From Takakia lepidozioides (Eukaryota > Plantae > Bryophyta), in contig CM060734.1 of assembly GCA_030704615.1 (NCBI GenBank), positions 53,692,001 to 53,756,000 on the forward strand: 64,000 nucleotides of DNA. The letters run 5' to 3'. A program made the position numbers and the translations under genes. Positions 1 through 11,279 of the stretch are shown one piece after another. The notes below the pieces were generated by a model. It was not told the origin of the DNA and did no database searches. It saw only the letters and a list, made by a program, of their open reading frames with translations. Within the stretch, counting starts at the first letter, position 1; every line of letters starts with the position of its first letter.

Positions 1-1880
1 AGGCTGAAGCAGGCATTTACAACGGCTCCAATACTGGTACATGCAGACCCATCTAAACCATTCTTCTTAGAATCAGATGCATCGGACTTTGCACTTGGCG
101 CGGTACTCTCGCAATACGATACAGATGGCCGACTCCACCCTGTTGGTTTTCATTCTCGCAAATTTTCCGCTGCGGAGATCAATTATGAAATGCATAACAA
201 ATAACTTCTAGCGATTATCGATGTTTTTGAGGAGTGACGACATCTATTGGAGGGAGCTAAACATCAGGTCACTGTCTATACCGATCACAAAAACCTCGAA
301 TATTTTATGAGTGCTCGTGTTTTGAATCGACGTCAAGCAAGATGGAGTATGTCACTAGCAAGGTTTGATTTTGTTATTACCTACCGTCCCGGGCATCTTC
401 AAGGAAAATCAGATGCTCTTTCTCGACGATCGTATCTTGCGCCAAAAGAAGGGGATGCAGTTTTTGACCAACAAAAATTCATTATCTTGAAACCAGCAAA
501 TCTCCAATTGAATATGTTATCCATGTCCACCTATGACGATGCAGAGATCATAAAGGAGATTCATGAAGCACTGAAGAACGACCATTTTGCTACGACACTA
601 CGAAGTCAACTAAATCAACCTCGAGACAACCCACATGTTACAAACGACTTCGAATCCAAAGATGGCTTACTTTACTTCAAGGGACTTTTCTATGTACCTC
701 CAGGACCTACACGACTTCGAATCTTCAAAACATGTCATGATCTTCCGGCTGCAGGACATTTCGGCTTCAACAAAACATTGAAGTTGATATCCAGGGACTA
801 TTAGTGGCCGCAAATGTGGAAACTCGTGAAAGAATTCATAAAATCTTGTGACACGTGTGCTAGAGCGAAGGGACCACGACATCGACCTTACGGCCTTCTT
901 CAACCATTACCCATTCCCGAGGGTCCATGGTCGTCCGTGTCTATGAACTTTATTACGGACCTTCCAATTCCAAGACCACCGATTCAATCCTTGTATTGTA
1001 GATCGTTTTACGAAGATGACACATTTCATTTCATGTAATAAGACGGTTACCGGCGAGGAAAAGGCAAGACTCTTCATCAATAATATCTACCGCATTCATG
1101 GACTCTCGAAGGACATCGTATCTGATCGAGGACCACAGTTCATATCAAATTTCTGGAGGGGATTATTTCACATATTGGATACTAAGATCAACCTCTCTAC
1201 AGCTAATCATCCACAGACTGATGGTCAAACCGAACGTGTAAACCGGATTTTGGAGCATATCTTCGCTGTACGATAAATTATCACCAAGATAATTGGACGG
1301 ACCTTCTGTCATTGCTGAGTTTGCCTACAACAACACTATACATTCTTCGACCAAGCAAACTCCGTTTTTCTCCAATTATGATCATCATCTTCGAGCAAAC
1401 CATTTCCACATGAAGACTGTTGGAAGCCCTGTTGTAGAAAACCTTGCTACTCATCTAGCTATGATTCACAAGGAGCTTACATCCCACCTCGCAGAAGCTC
1501 AAAAACAATACAAGGAGTATGCAGATCAACGTCACCAACTCCAACCCCAGTTCAAGGTCGGAGATCGTGTGTGGCTTCTTCGACGAGACATACAAACCTC
1601 GCGACCATCAAGGAAGTTGGATTATCAACGCCTGGGACCATTCAAAATTATTCGACAAATAAATCCGGTCAGTTTTCGGCTTGAACTCCCACGAAGTATG
1701 CGCATCCATCCATTCTTTCATGTTTCATTATTGGAGTTGTATCATCCATCAAATATTCCAGGGAGAGTCTCCGTACCACCTCCACCAGTCGAAGTCAATC
1801 AAGAACTTGAGTATGAAGTCGACGAAGTTCTAGACTCTCGCATCAAGTATAAACGTCTTGAAGTGGATAGTACTAAATGA
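1..1880 (+). mobile_element. Degenerate Ty3/gypsy chromovirus pol (RNase H, integrase, start of chromodomain); Tcn1-like
   Basis: RNase H (ESDASDFALGAVLSQ; [10 protein letters not shown]...NRRQARW), integrase Zn finger ([10 protein letters not shown]...CDTC), core (DIVSDRGPQF, HPQTDGQTERVN), GPF/Y motif (RLGPFKII, HPFFHVSLL) and chromodomain start (EYEVDEVLDSR). Several stops and frameshifts; cut off at ~1860. Confidence 0.93.
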
Positions 1881-2307
1881 AGTAGATCGATCAAGTTCGT
1901 TGCCCTCCCCATCTCCCCATCGTCTGCGTGTGGGTAACTAGATCCAGCGCTCTCCAACATCTCAACGCCTTGCGTTCTTGAGACTCGATGTGTGTTGTTT
2001 CCCATCTCCTCCTCGTCTCCGTCGTAAGCCACTCCACACATTCGTCATCGCTGTCCCCAGTAACTGCTATATTGATCCCCTCTGACATTGTTGCCTCTAC
2101 CAGCTCCGATTCCCCGGTCAGTGACCCTTCACCCGCCATCCCTCTAACTATTTCACAGCATGTATACATGACAGATCAGGTGGATAGGAATAGATGAAGT
2201 GGATGGATCAAGCTTCGTTGACCATAACCATCTCCCCCTGTCTTCGTGGTCAACGCCAGTCTTTTGATCATTCTTCAACTTGCATACTTGAGACTTCTGC
2301 AACCGCT
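1860..2307 (+). repeat. Left arm of a ~440 bp inverted repeat (partner 6483-6917)
   Basis: gaagtggatagtactaaatgaagt...tgcaaccgct is the near reverse complement of 6483-6917 along its whole length. Confidence 0.9.
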
Positions 2308-2871
2308 TGTTTTTGTAGGCTCTTCAAACATGTGGGCGCTCTCTTCCTCGTCTCCAACGTACAAACGCCACTCTATGAGTTCGTGGGCGCTCCCCATTAA
2401 CTGTTACGATCACCTCCGCCACTGGAGAACAACATGAGAGGAGTCGAGCAACGGACGCCAATGACGGGAGGGGCAGGGGCCAGGAGCTGTGCCCGCACCA
2501 TCAAATTCATGGGAATTCAAACCAAAAAAAATCAGAAGCTGGGAGGAGACGGAGCATCTGTCAAGCGGCTCACAAAAAGTCGGTGAGGAAGACCGCGATT
2601 CATCCCGCAGGGAAGAAGCCCGGTTTGTGAGAGTTTTTATGGGGTGCTACCAAGGTTGGGGCGGAGAGGAGGAGCGATCTGCGGCAATCTCCCCATCATC
2701 TCACGGCCATGAGCCTCATAATGACTGTGCATGGGCTACGTAATGGTGGCAAGACAAGTACTTAGTGGGAACATAGGGAATCCCAAGTGACATGCATGAT
2801 GCCACACACAATGAAGTGTCACACCTTGATAGTACTAACAAAAATTTAACCCTTGTACATATATATATATA

Positions 2872-3029
2872 GACGCCTCCCCATGGGAGCGTAAATTATG
2901 GTGTCTCTTCCCCACAAGGGCAGCCTTCCAGCTGAAAGGTGGACACCTTCATGACACACCAGACCCTGGTTTGAACCCACAACCACATCCAACGTTGCCC
3001 AATACCTCTAGGCTACATGTCGGTTGTCA
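2872..3029 (-). mobile_element. tRNA-derived SINE, family A, copy 1
   Basis: Minus strand starts TGACAACC, has A-box-like TAGCCTAGAGG and B-box GGTTCAAACC, and a (TA)n tail at 2861-2871. Flanking direct repeat cccttgtacata at 2850-2861 and 3030-3041 is the TSD. Three more copies lie in the window. Confidence 0.8.
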
Positions 3030-3149
3030 CCCTTGTACATAGGAATAATAGAGGTACTTCGAACAGAAACGTTTTTTTTTCACAGCTTATACCACACTTT
3101 TTAGTTTGAGAACAACTCAAGTTCATAGGCCACAGGCGTGTGACAACAG

Positions 3150-3244
3150 ACCCCTCCTTTCAGACACCTATGGACAGCCATGGCTCAATGATGGAACATA
3201 CCCCTCCTTTCAGACACCTGTGGACAGCCACGGCTCAATGATGG
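3150..3244. repeat. Two-copy 50 bp tandem repeat
   Basis: cccctcctttcagacacct(a/g)tggacagcca(t/c)ggctcaatgatgg at 3151 and 3201. Confidence 0.9.
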
Positions 3245-3636
3245 CCCTGTGGCAAACGCCATGGAGGCCTATATCACGGGTGACATGGCCGCTGACATGA
3301 ATAACGTGTCGTCCGATTTCACAGACCGATTTCACACTACTTTATGACAAGTGTCCATCGTATGTAATGCCACGTGTTCTACAAATGGTGCAAGGGTGTC
3401 TAATTGTTCACACCTCCTGGCTCACCATACGGTTGCGTGTCATTCTGCTTTTATGACATTTGTGATCATAAGGTTACGACACGTGTAGTAATTAAATTAG
3501 GATACGAGTTTGTTGACTGGATGACCACGTGTGCTTCCACGGCGTAAACACGTGGCTCGCTTTGGTCCTGATATGAGGACAAGTGGCGTGATGAGCTAAC
3601 AACACATGGTGATGGGTGTGAAAGATTATACTACCT

Positions 3637-6150
3637 ATGCTATGGATGATTCCACGCATCTTTGGATTGCAACCCTTGATGTTTTGGGAGCATTTCATTT
3701 GGGTTTGCCCTGTCCCTGGCTCTATACACACATCCCAAATGGCGCTTTGCAGAGAGGTACAACATGCTTTTCACTTACCCTTGGACCGCCTTGCTCAGGA
3801 CCCTTACGACATTGCTGTTTGGCACCTTTTTCTGCTTTTTCCTCTATGGTGTCTAGTTTTGCCTCCATGTGGTGGTGAATCCGGACATCGAGAGACGCGT
3901 GCCCATCTTCGTAGATTTCTCTCTGGGGACTGGGAAACCCTTCAAGACGAACATTATCTACGTGCGCAAGCACTTGCGGCGCGAATAGCTCATGATAGCC
4001 CACACCAAGCAACTCCATCCATCCACATTCATCTTCGTCGGAGTCTTATGCTAGGCCGGGCAGGAGAGTATTCCCGTGCAGCTCGAGCTCTTGCTCCTCT
4101 TACCCCAGCACTGTCTTCGGCTGATACTGTCACAGCTTTGGAGAATCTCTACCCCAGTCGACATCATTCTTTCCTTTGTGGAGGACTTTGAACTTGATGA
4201 GGACCTTCAATTGGATCGCTATACTTTCATACAAGCATTCACTTGTAGCCCTCATCTTGCAGTGGCCGGTCCGTTTGGTTAGGTGTATGAACACCTCCAT
4301 GACTGTCTCACATGACTCTGCTAGTGGCTTTTCCCAGCTGTTCCAAGTTTGCTCTTTCATTGCGATGGAACATATACCTACCCCAGTAGCACGTTTGCTT
4401 GGAGCAGCACGGCTCTTGGTCATGTCCAAGAACACAGGTGGGATTCGTCTTATTGCAGTGGAGGAGGTTCTATATTGTTTGGTGAGCCGCTTTATCTGCA
4501 TCCAGTTTCGGGAGGTCTTTTCTTCTCACTTTTCTCCACATCAGTTTGGGGTCGCTAATCCGGGAGGTTGTGAACCGGCGGTGCATGGGATTCGGGCTTC
4601 CCTTTACCTTCATCCAGACTGGGTCGTCCTTCAGGTGGATGTGACCAACGCCTTCAACACGGTGTCCAGATCAGCAATATTTCAGGAACTGCAATCAACC
4701 GGCGGCGCATGCCATCAACTCATTCCCTTTGTGAGATTGTTTTATGCTTCCTCCACCCCTTTGTTTTAAAGTCATCACACCCGTACTGGAGATCTTACTA
4801 TTATCCAGTCCAAAGTAGCAACCCGTCAGGGCGATCCATTAGGGGGACCTCTTTTTGCTTTTGCCCACTTCCGAGCCCTTCGCTCATTTGTGTAAGCCTT
4901 CCAATCCTGTATATTTCCTTCTATTGCTGATGATACCCACATCACTGGCCCTCCCACTTTGCTACCTAACTTCACTCTCTTGGGCTCACTGTTCAACCTC
5001 ACAAATCCACAGTTTGGTCACCCTCTGGTCTGCCTTCAGATTTCATGCCCCCCGTCGACTTTCTAGCACCATCTGAGGGTATTCGAGTGTTAGGTGTTCC
5101 CTTTGGTACTACCCCTTACACAACATCTTTCCTCCAAGACACTTTGCTACATGATACAAGCCATATACGAGGATGGCGACAAACACACTGTTGTAGTCCT
5201 AACACAGAGGGATGCGGAAGACCCAGTCAAACTTGTAGGGAGGTGGTAAATACAACAGAAGACATACAGAAGGGTGCAATGGTTGGTCATACCGTGAGCT
5301 ACGTGCCTGCTCCGAGCCCTGCGCATGAGAGAAGTTTGGCCCGATGTGCATCTGAAGGAGCGTCGGAAAGCATGCTGGCAAATGAGTGTCGGTGCACGCG
5401 TTCCATGATGGTATCCTGTAAATGCTCCAGACCTTGAGTGACCAACTGTTCAAAGGGTGGCAGACAAGCCCGTGTCGACGATGGCTCTTTGTCCTTCCAG
5501 CAACATCTTCGTTCAGCGCGGGACATCTCAACCACCTCAATGAAAAAAGGGCGTTGCTGACACAGAAACCGAGATGCCAAGGCTGGAGCAACTAAAGCCC
5601 AACTACCTAGGAAGGCAGCAGAGGCAGTGACGACTGTGGATAGTAAACCGACTCCTCCAGAAGAGATCGGGAGGGTAGCCTGACGACATGCCAAGGGCCC
5701 CTACTCACTATCAAATGCACCTGGGCCTAATAGACGACCAAAAATCCCCCTAACAGTCGTATAAAAAGAAGACAAAAGCTCCACAAACTGGGGAGTGGGG
5801 GGAAACAACGCAAAAGATAAGAAGGTCGCTATAAAAAGCATTTACTGAGAATGCCATGGGCTACCTGCATATCCCCTAGTTTGGGAAGAAGCGATTCACT
5901 CGGCGTACATCTTCTTCGTTGCCCCTGCGGTGGAGAACGCACTGCAACCCATGACGTCGTCTGGGATGCAGCAGCTACGGTTGCTCGTGATGCTGGGATA
6001 CATGTCATTCGAGAGCAGGTGCACATACTCCCATCAACCCACGATCACCATTCCACTCGACAACAGGTTAACATTGTTCTCTCACAGGACGGACTGAGTA
6101 CATTGGCGGACGTTGTCATCGCTGATCCTACTAGGTCGGATCTCGGGGAG
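3637..6150 (+). mobile_element. Degenerate non-LTR retrotransposon, CRE-like (RT + Zn knuckle + restriction-like endonuclease), with internal inversion ~5168-5893
   Basis: RT motifs GGIRLIAV, HQFGV..GGCE, LQVDVTNAFNTVSR, RQGDPLGGPLF, IADDTHI, GIRVLGVP. The inverted segment encodes QATLPISSGGVGL...AAFLGSW...LGLPHP..QCVC on the minus strand. The plus strand then resumes with GVHLLRCPCGGERTATHD and LADVVIADP. Confidence 0.85.
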
Positions 6151-6340
6151 GTCACTCCTTATCTAGTTTCCCAGGCACGTGAGGCAAACAGGCATTTTCT
6201 ATGGGGGTATTAATTTTATTTTTTGAATATTTGGCCACCCTATTATTACATAGTGTTGTAATATAGCATATTTTCTTGCAAGTTATATTATTTATATTTT
6301 ATAGCAGATAACAAATATTTGGGCACCTATCTTAACCTGA

Positions 6341-6345
<5 letters not shown>

Positions 6346-6379
<34 letters not shown>
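6346..6379 (+). repeat. Poly(A)34 tract, possibly a retroposon tail
   Basis: 34 consecutive A about 200 bp downstream of the non-LTR ORF remnant. Confidence 0.7.
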
Positions 6380-6380
<1 letters not shown>

Positions 6381-6482
6381 GTTATGGGGTTGCCATCATT
6401 CCCCTCTCAATCTACGCTTCTTCACTGTCACGCCCTGCAAGCTTCAACTGTGGGCCACAATGCTTGTACCATTGAGCGCACC

Positions 6483-6917
6483 AGCGGTTGCAAAAGTCTC
6501 AAGAATGCAAGTTGAAGAATGATCAAAAGACTTGCGTTGACCACGAAGACAGGGGGAGATGGTTATGGTCAACGAAGCTTGATCCATCCACTTCATCTAT
6601 TCCTATCCACCTGATCTGTCATGTATACATGTTGTGAAATAGTTAGAGGGATGGCGGGTGAAGGGTCACTGACCGGGGAATCAGAGCTGGTAGCGGCAAC
6701 AACGTCGGAGGTTATCAATATAGCAGTTACTAGGGAGTAGCGATGACGAATTTGTAGAGTGGCTTACGACGTAGATGAGGTAGAGATGGGAAACAACACA
6801 CGTTGAGTCTCAAGAACGCAAGGAGTTGAGACGTTAGAGCCAGCCCACATGCAGACGATGGGGAGATGGGGAGGCAACAAACTTGATCGATCCACTTCAT
6901 TTAGTACTATCCACTTC
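6483..6917 (-). repeat. Right arm of the ~440 bp inverted repeat
   Basis: Reverse complement of 1860-2307 with scattered substitutions and indels. Confidence 0.9.
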
Positions 6918-6943
6918 TGTCAAAAAAGAAAAAAGTAAAGTAT

Positions 6944-7101
6944 GACGCCTCTCGAAGGGAGCGTAACTTATGGTGCCACTTGACCCCGAAGGGCTACTGC
7001 CTTTCTAGCAAGAAGGTGGACACCTTCATGATACACCATGAACCCACAACCACATCCAACGTGGTATGTGCCCATTACCACTAGGCTACATGCTGGTTGT
7101 C
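6944..7101 (-). mobile_element. SINE family A, copy 2
   Basis: gacgcctc..gagcgtaa.ttatggtg..aaggtggacaccttcatga..gaacccacaaccac..ctaggctaca..ggttgtc, colinear with 2872-3029. Confidence 0.8.
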
Positions 7102-10100
7102 TCCACCGTGATTTTTTGGGGTCGGAGTGGGTGCTTCCAGCCTCGCTGTTGAATGCACTGGAGGCGCGAGCCACTTCGCCTTGCGGCTACTGCCCCCTTT
7201 TGGGGGTGGGCCCTATTGTACGCTGTGAAATAGTTAGAGGGATGGCGAGTGCAAGGTAGATGGCAAGAGAATTGGAGGTAGCCACGCCTTAACGGGGACC
7301 GTTCGTTTATGAAGCTAGAGAACAAGTGGGGAAGCAAACACTAGAGTGGAGATCAGTGCGACGAGGTGGAGAATGGTCATGAGAGTGGCGTTGTTGACCG
7401 TCGCGAAGACGAGGAGGAAATAGAGAGCGCCAACAATACGAGGTTAGAGAACGAGCCGGGGGATAGCAAACATGAAGTTCAATGGTCGGGAGGGTGGCGC
7501 TGCCCACAGAGATGGGGACGTGCAACAAGCTTGATTCTCTGGACTCCGTAATTTACTATCCACCTTTGTCCTTGTACGTATGTTGTGAGGGTGTGAAGAC
7601 GTAATTAGGGGGGTGGTGGGTGGCAGGAGCATCGGATGTAGGTTCGACCATTGGAGACGATGACAAAATTAGGAGCGCCAACAAATTGTGAAGCAAGCAC
7701 GAGTTGGTTGGCGAAGAGTGGTCTCGAGAGTGGCGTTGACCTTACCGACAGGAGACGACGAGGAGCTGGCGAGCACAGACGAGGGAAAGAAGTTGGAGCA
7801 TGCTGCAAATGAGTAACCTACCAGTTGTACACGCTGTTTGTGTGGGAGGAACATGATGATTCCCGCCTTGAGAGTGTTGTCACAGAGAAGAAAGAATTGG
7901 TTGCGTCTGGAGAGGAAGAGGGAGCAATCTTCCCTTTTGTTGGGCACCACTTAGCTTGAAGCCCAAGTTGACATTGAAGAACAAGTTACAATATGCTTTG
8001 GAATTGGCGGAGGAAGTGGGTATGTTCAAAGCGAAAGAGGATGAAGCGGGAAATGACGAAGACTCCCCTGAGGATCAATCCCCGGTTGAAAAAGTGGCCC
8101 TTACAGTTACTACTAATATAAGGATGAATATCGCAGCGAGCCCGAGCCCATCTGGAGGAGGACGAGTGATCTCCCGTCGTCAACAGTTTGAATCAAATTG
8201 ACAACTTCATCCATCACTCGAGCGTTCATGAGCGTATGACGTTTCAATGACGTTTCTCCATGAATCCTACTGAGCATATGCAATTTTTTTGCTTTGAACA
8301 AATGCCATCCACAGATCAACATCAAATGCCCCATGTGTTGAAGCCCCCTATAATCACCCCTCTCCATCAATCCTACAGAGCACAATTTTTTTCAGCTTCA
8401 AATGCCATCCACAGATCAATATCTCATAAGCTATCAGCCTGTTTCACTGTTGCGCTATTGGAGCAGTGTTCCGGATGACGTCATTTAGCATCTCAACGGG
8501 GTGGCAGAATCCAGATGCCCCATGTCCAAGGCTCTTGGCCATCACCCCTCTCTGGCAATCCCAATGAGCACAATTCTTTTGCTTCAAGGTGTGATTTACT
8601 CCTGTTCATCAGGGCTGTCTTGAATCATAGGATCAGTTCTCCTGACAAACCCCTCACTATTAGAGTTAGCTTCACGGCCAATAAGTCTACTCTAGTGCAT
8701 TTCAAAGGTTTCACAGACTCAACCATAGGCGTCATCACTGCACCTTTGTTCACATCTCCAGAGAGAACTTCTGGTCAAATGTGAACCATCAATACTGTAA
8801 AGATCAGGAAGAATGAAACCACCAGATTTCATATACTCTGTTACAAAGCTACAAGAGGTTTAATATACTGCCTACATAAAAACCCTCAACGCACATTCTC
8901 AACCTAGAATGTGCTAGATGCAAATACCAATGCCAAAATCATGAACATGCTACTTGCTAGTCTCACTCAAACTGGACATAATTTACTCTAAACTCCAACA
9001 GATTGCAAAACTTGCCAATTTTGCCCTTCATGTTTGCTGACCATGTCTCTGTAGTTGTGTAGTTCTCTGTTCAGTTTCCCCCATGATGGAATTGAATACC
9101 AACGCCCAAAGTGAAGTAGGTGTTTTTGAGGGTCGAGCTAATTCTTGAAATCTGACGGAATGAAGACTCCTCTTTTGGTCTATTACTAAGCTACAATTCA
9201 GCACTTGAGATAGGTAACGTGTTGGAGAGCCTCTGGACAACGTTCCTCTGACAAAGAAAACCGGCGCCGAATTTCCATCCTGTAGGCAACTCGGATGGAA
9301 AACACATTGTACGTTTAAATTGGTGTTTGTATGAGATCATATGACATAATATGGGGAGCAAGCAACCCGCATAAGAACGGCATTGGCATGTCAAGTACAA
9401 TTAATCCTAGAAAAACTGGATATTTCTACCGATGCTATAGAATCTGATGTTAGAGTGAACTCATAATCTGTAGCAGTCATGAATCTAGATACTTATTAAG
9501 GGAAAAAAGACGCAATCTTGAAATGGGTATGAAATACAATCTTTATTTTTTTTGTAGAGTCTGCGGTTGCAGTTGCTCGTATATATTAGAAAAAGGCCTA
9601 GGGTATGAAGATTCCATTGTCATTTTTAAAAGGCCAGACATCAACATGCATGCAGCCTTTTTTCATTCCAAGAAAACACTATAAGAGATCATGGTTTTTT
9701 TTTACAACAAGGGTAGTTCACACCTGGCTTTTCTTACACAAAATTTATACCCCTGTAAAATTTCGATGGTGTAGAATGAGCCAGTGTAAGAAAAGCCGCT
9801 TCGTGTAGACTAGTCTACACCAAGCTCACAACTTCTGTGGTCAATGGTTGTTGACCGTGAAGGTGTCCAACAGTGTATAAGGCTTATCTCACACCGGTGT
9901 GAGAATGAGCCATATAGTGTAAGTTAATCCACACAATGGGGTGGAACTATATGATGTGACATGCTGACTATACATGGTGTGAGAAAGGTTACTGGGCTTA
10001 TTTTACACTAGTGTAAATTATGCCACATTGGTAGTATACGTCGATTAAGGGACTCAGAGGTGGCATGCTGACTAGACATGGTGTAAGAAAGGTTACTGGG

Positions 10101-11279
10101 CTTATCACTACAACAAATTGCGGCTTTTACGTCTCTGTGTTATGACTGCAAATGCAGTCATGGAAGCCATTTACGACTTCCTGACTCTGCAGACGTAAAG
10201 ACATAGTCAGTTGTGACATGACAGATATGACTCTCCAGGCTGGCTGTCACGTGGCGCCAGAGCAGCTGTGGGGGTAGTCATACACGCTGGTTTTACTGAA
10301 TGACTGAACGGACAGTGTAGTCCATGTCAGCGGCTGTGCAAGAGTGGCACGTGCTCGATGCAGGAAATGACACGTGGCAGAGTGTTTAGCTCTCCATGAC
10401 TGCGAACTATGACTACGGGTGTGCTAATCCGGTTGCAACACGTGGCGCGTTGTAGTTTTTACACGTGGTCCATCAGCAGATTGACATGTGTCATGATGGG
10501 TGTTTTTTTGGGGTGTATTGCTATTTTTTTACATATTTGTATTTCTGCAACGTGGTGTAGTACTATTGGAGAGTGAAAATAGATGTAGTCATTATTATGA
10601 CTATGATAGCAGTCATGTACATGTCTATTACAACAATGAAATATAATATATAATACAAAGAGAACAAGGCAGCAAGACATAACTGCAACAAGCTGAGCAA
10701 AACCAAGAGATTGCATACCATCTCTATTTACCAATCTATTTATCATTATCATTTTTGTTGCGATCTAAAAATACATTAAATAGTCGCATGTTCTCATGTG
10801 AATTATTTTGTCTAACTATAACACTTTGAAAAGTGTTCACCCAGAATCTTCTAACTACTCATGTATTCCATCAATCTGCAACCCATAAAAAACTTCTTGC
10901 ATGGCTTTAAGAATTACTACAGCAAGGACATTTGTTTGTTTTCCAAGTTCTTGCATAAGATGCACCAACCAATATTGCATTGTGAGACATTCACTCGCTA
11001 TACTCCAAAGCGTCCAGGGAAGGTCACTGAGCAACCTGCTAAGGCGGAAACAATTAAGAGAATTATCTAATACCATATATGAAAAACCAATGTCAGTGTT
11101 GTTTATGGTAACTTCTATCCCATGTCCTAAACAAACCAAAGCAAAAAGGTTGGTGTGTATTGGCGAAGTCGTCAGATACTTCACAAAGAAACATGCACTA
11201 AAAATGAAACCCAGGATGATAGGAAGGTCACTCACGTTTATACAAAGACATCTTGCCCATTGCCCAGCACCTTGCGTCA

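Noticed and set aside
2940-3030. tRNA gene (B-box GGTTCAAACC; similar boxes near 14530, 33505 and 42361)
   Set aside because: No cloverleaf or acceptor stem. The first three have tails and TSD-like flanks indicating SINEs; the 42361 site is too weak to call.
7800-9300. Possible gene fragments (acidic ORF 7956-8201; minus-strand DLWMAF repeats)
   Set aside because: Interrupted by stops and not assignable to any family by eye.
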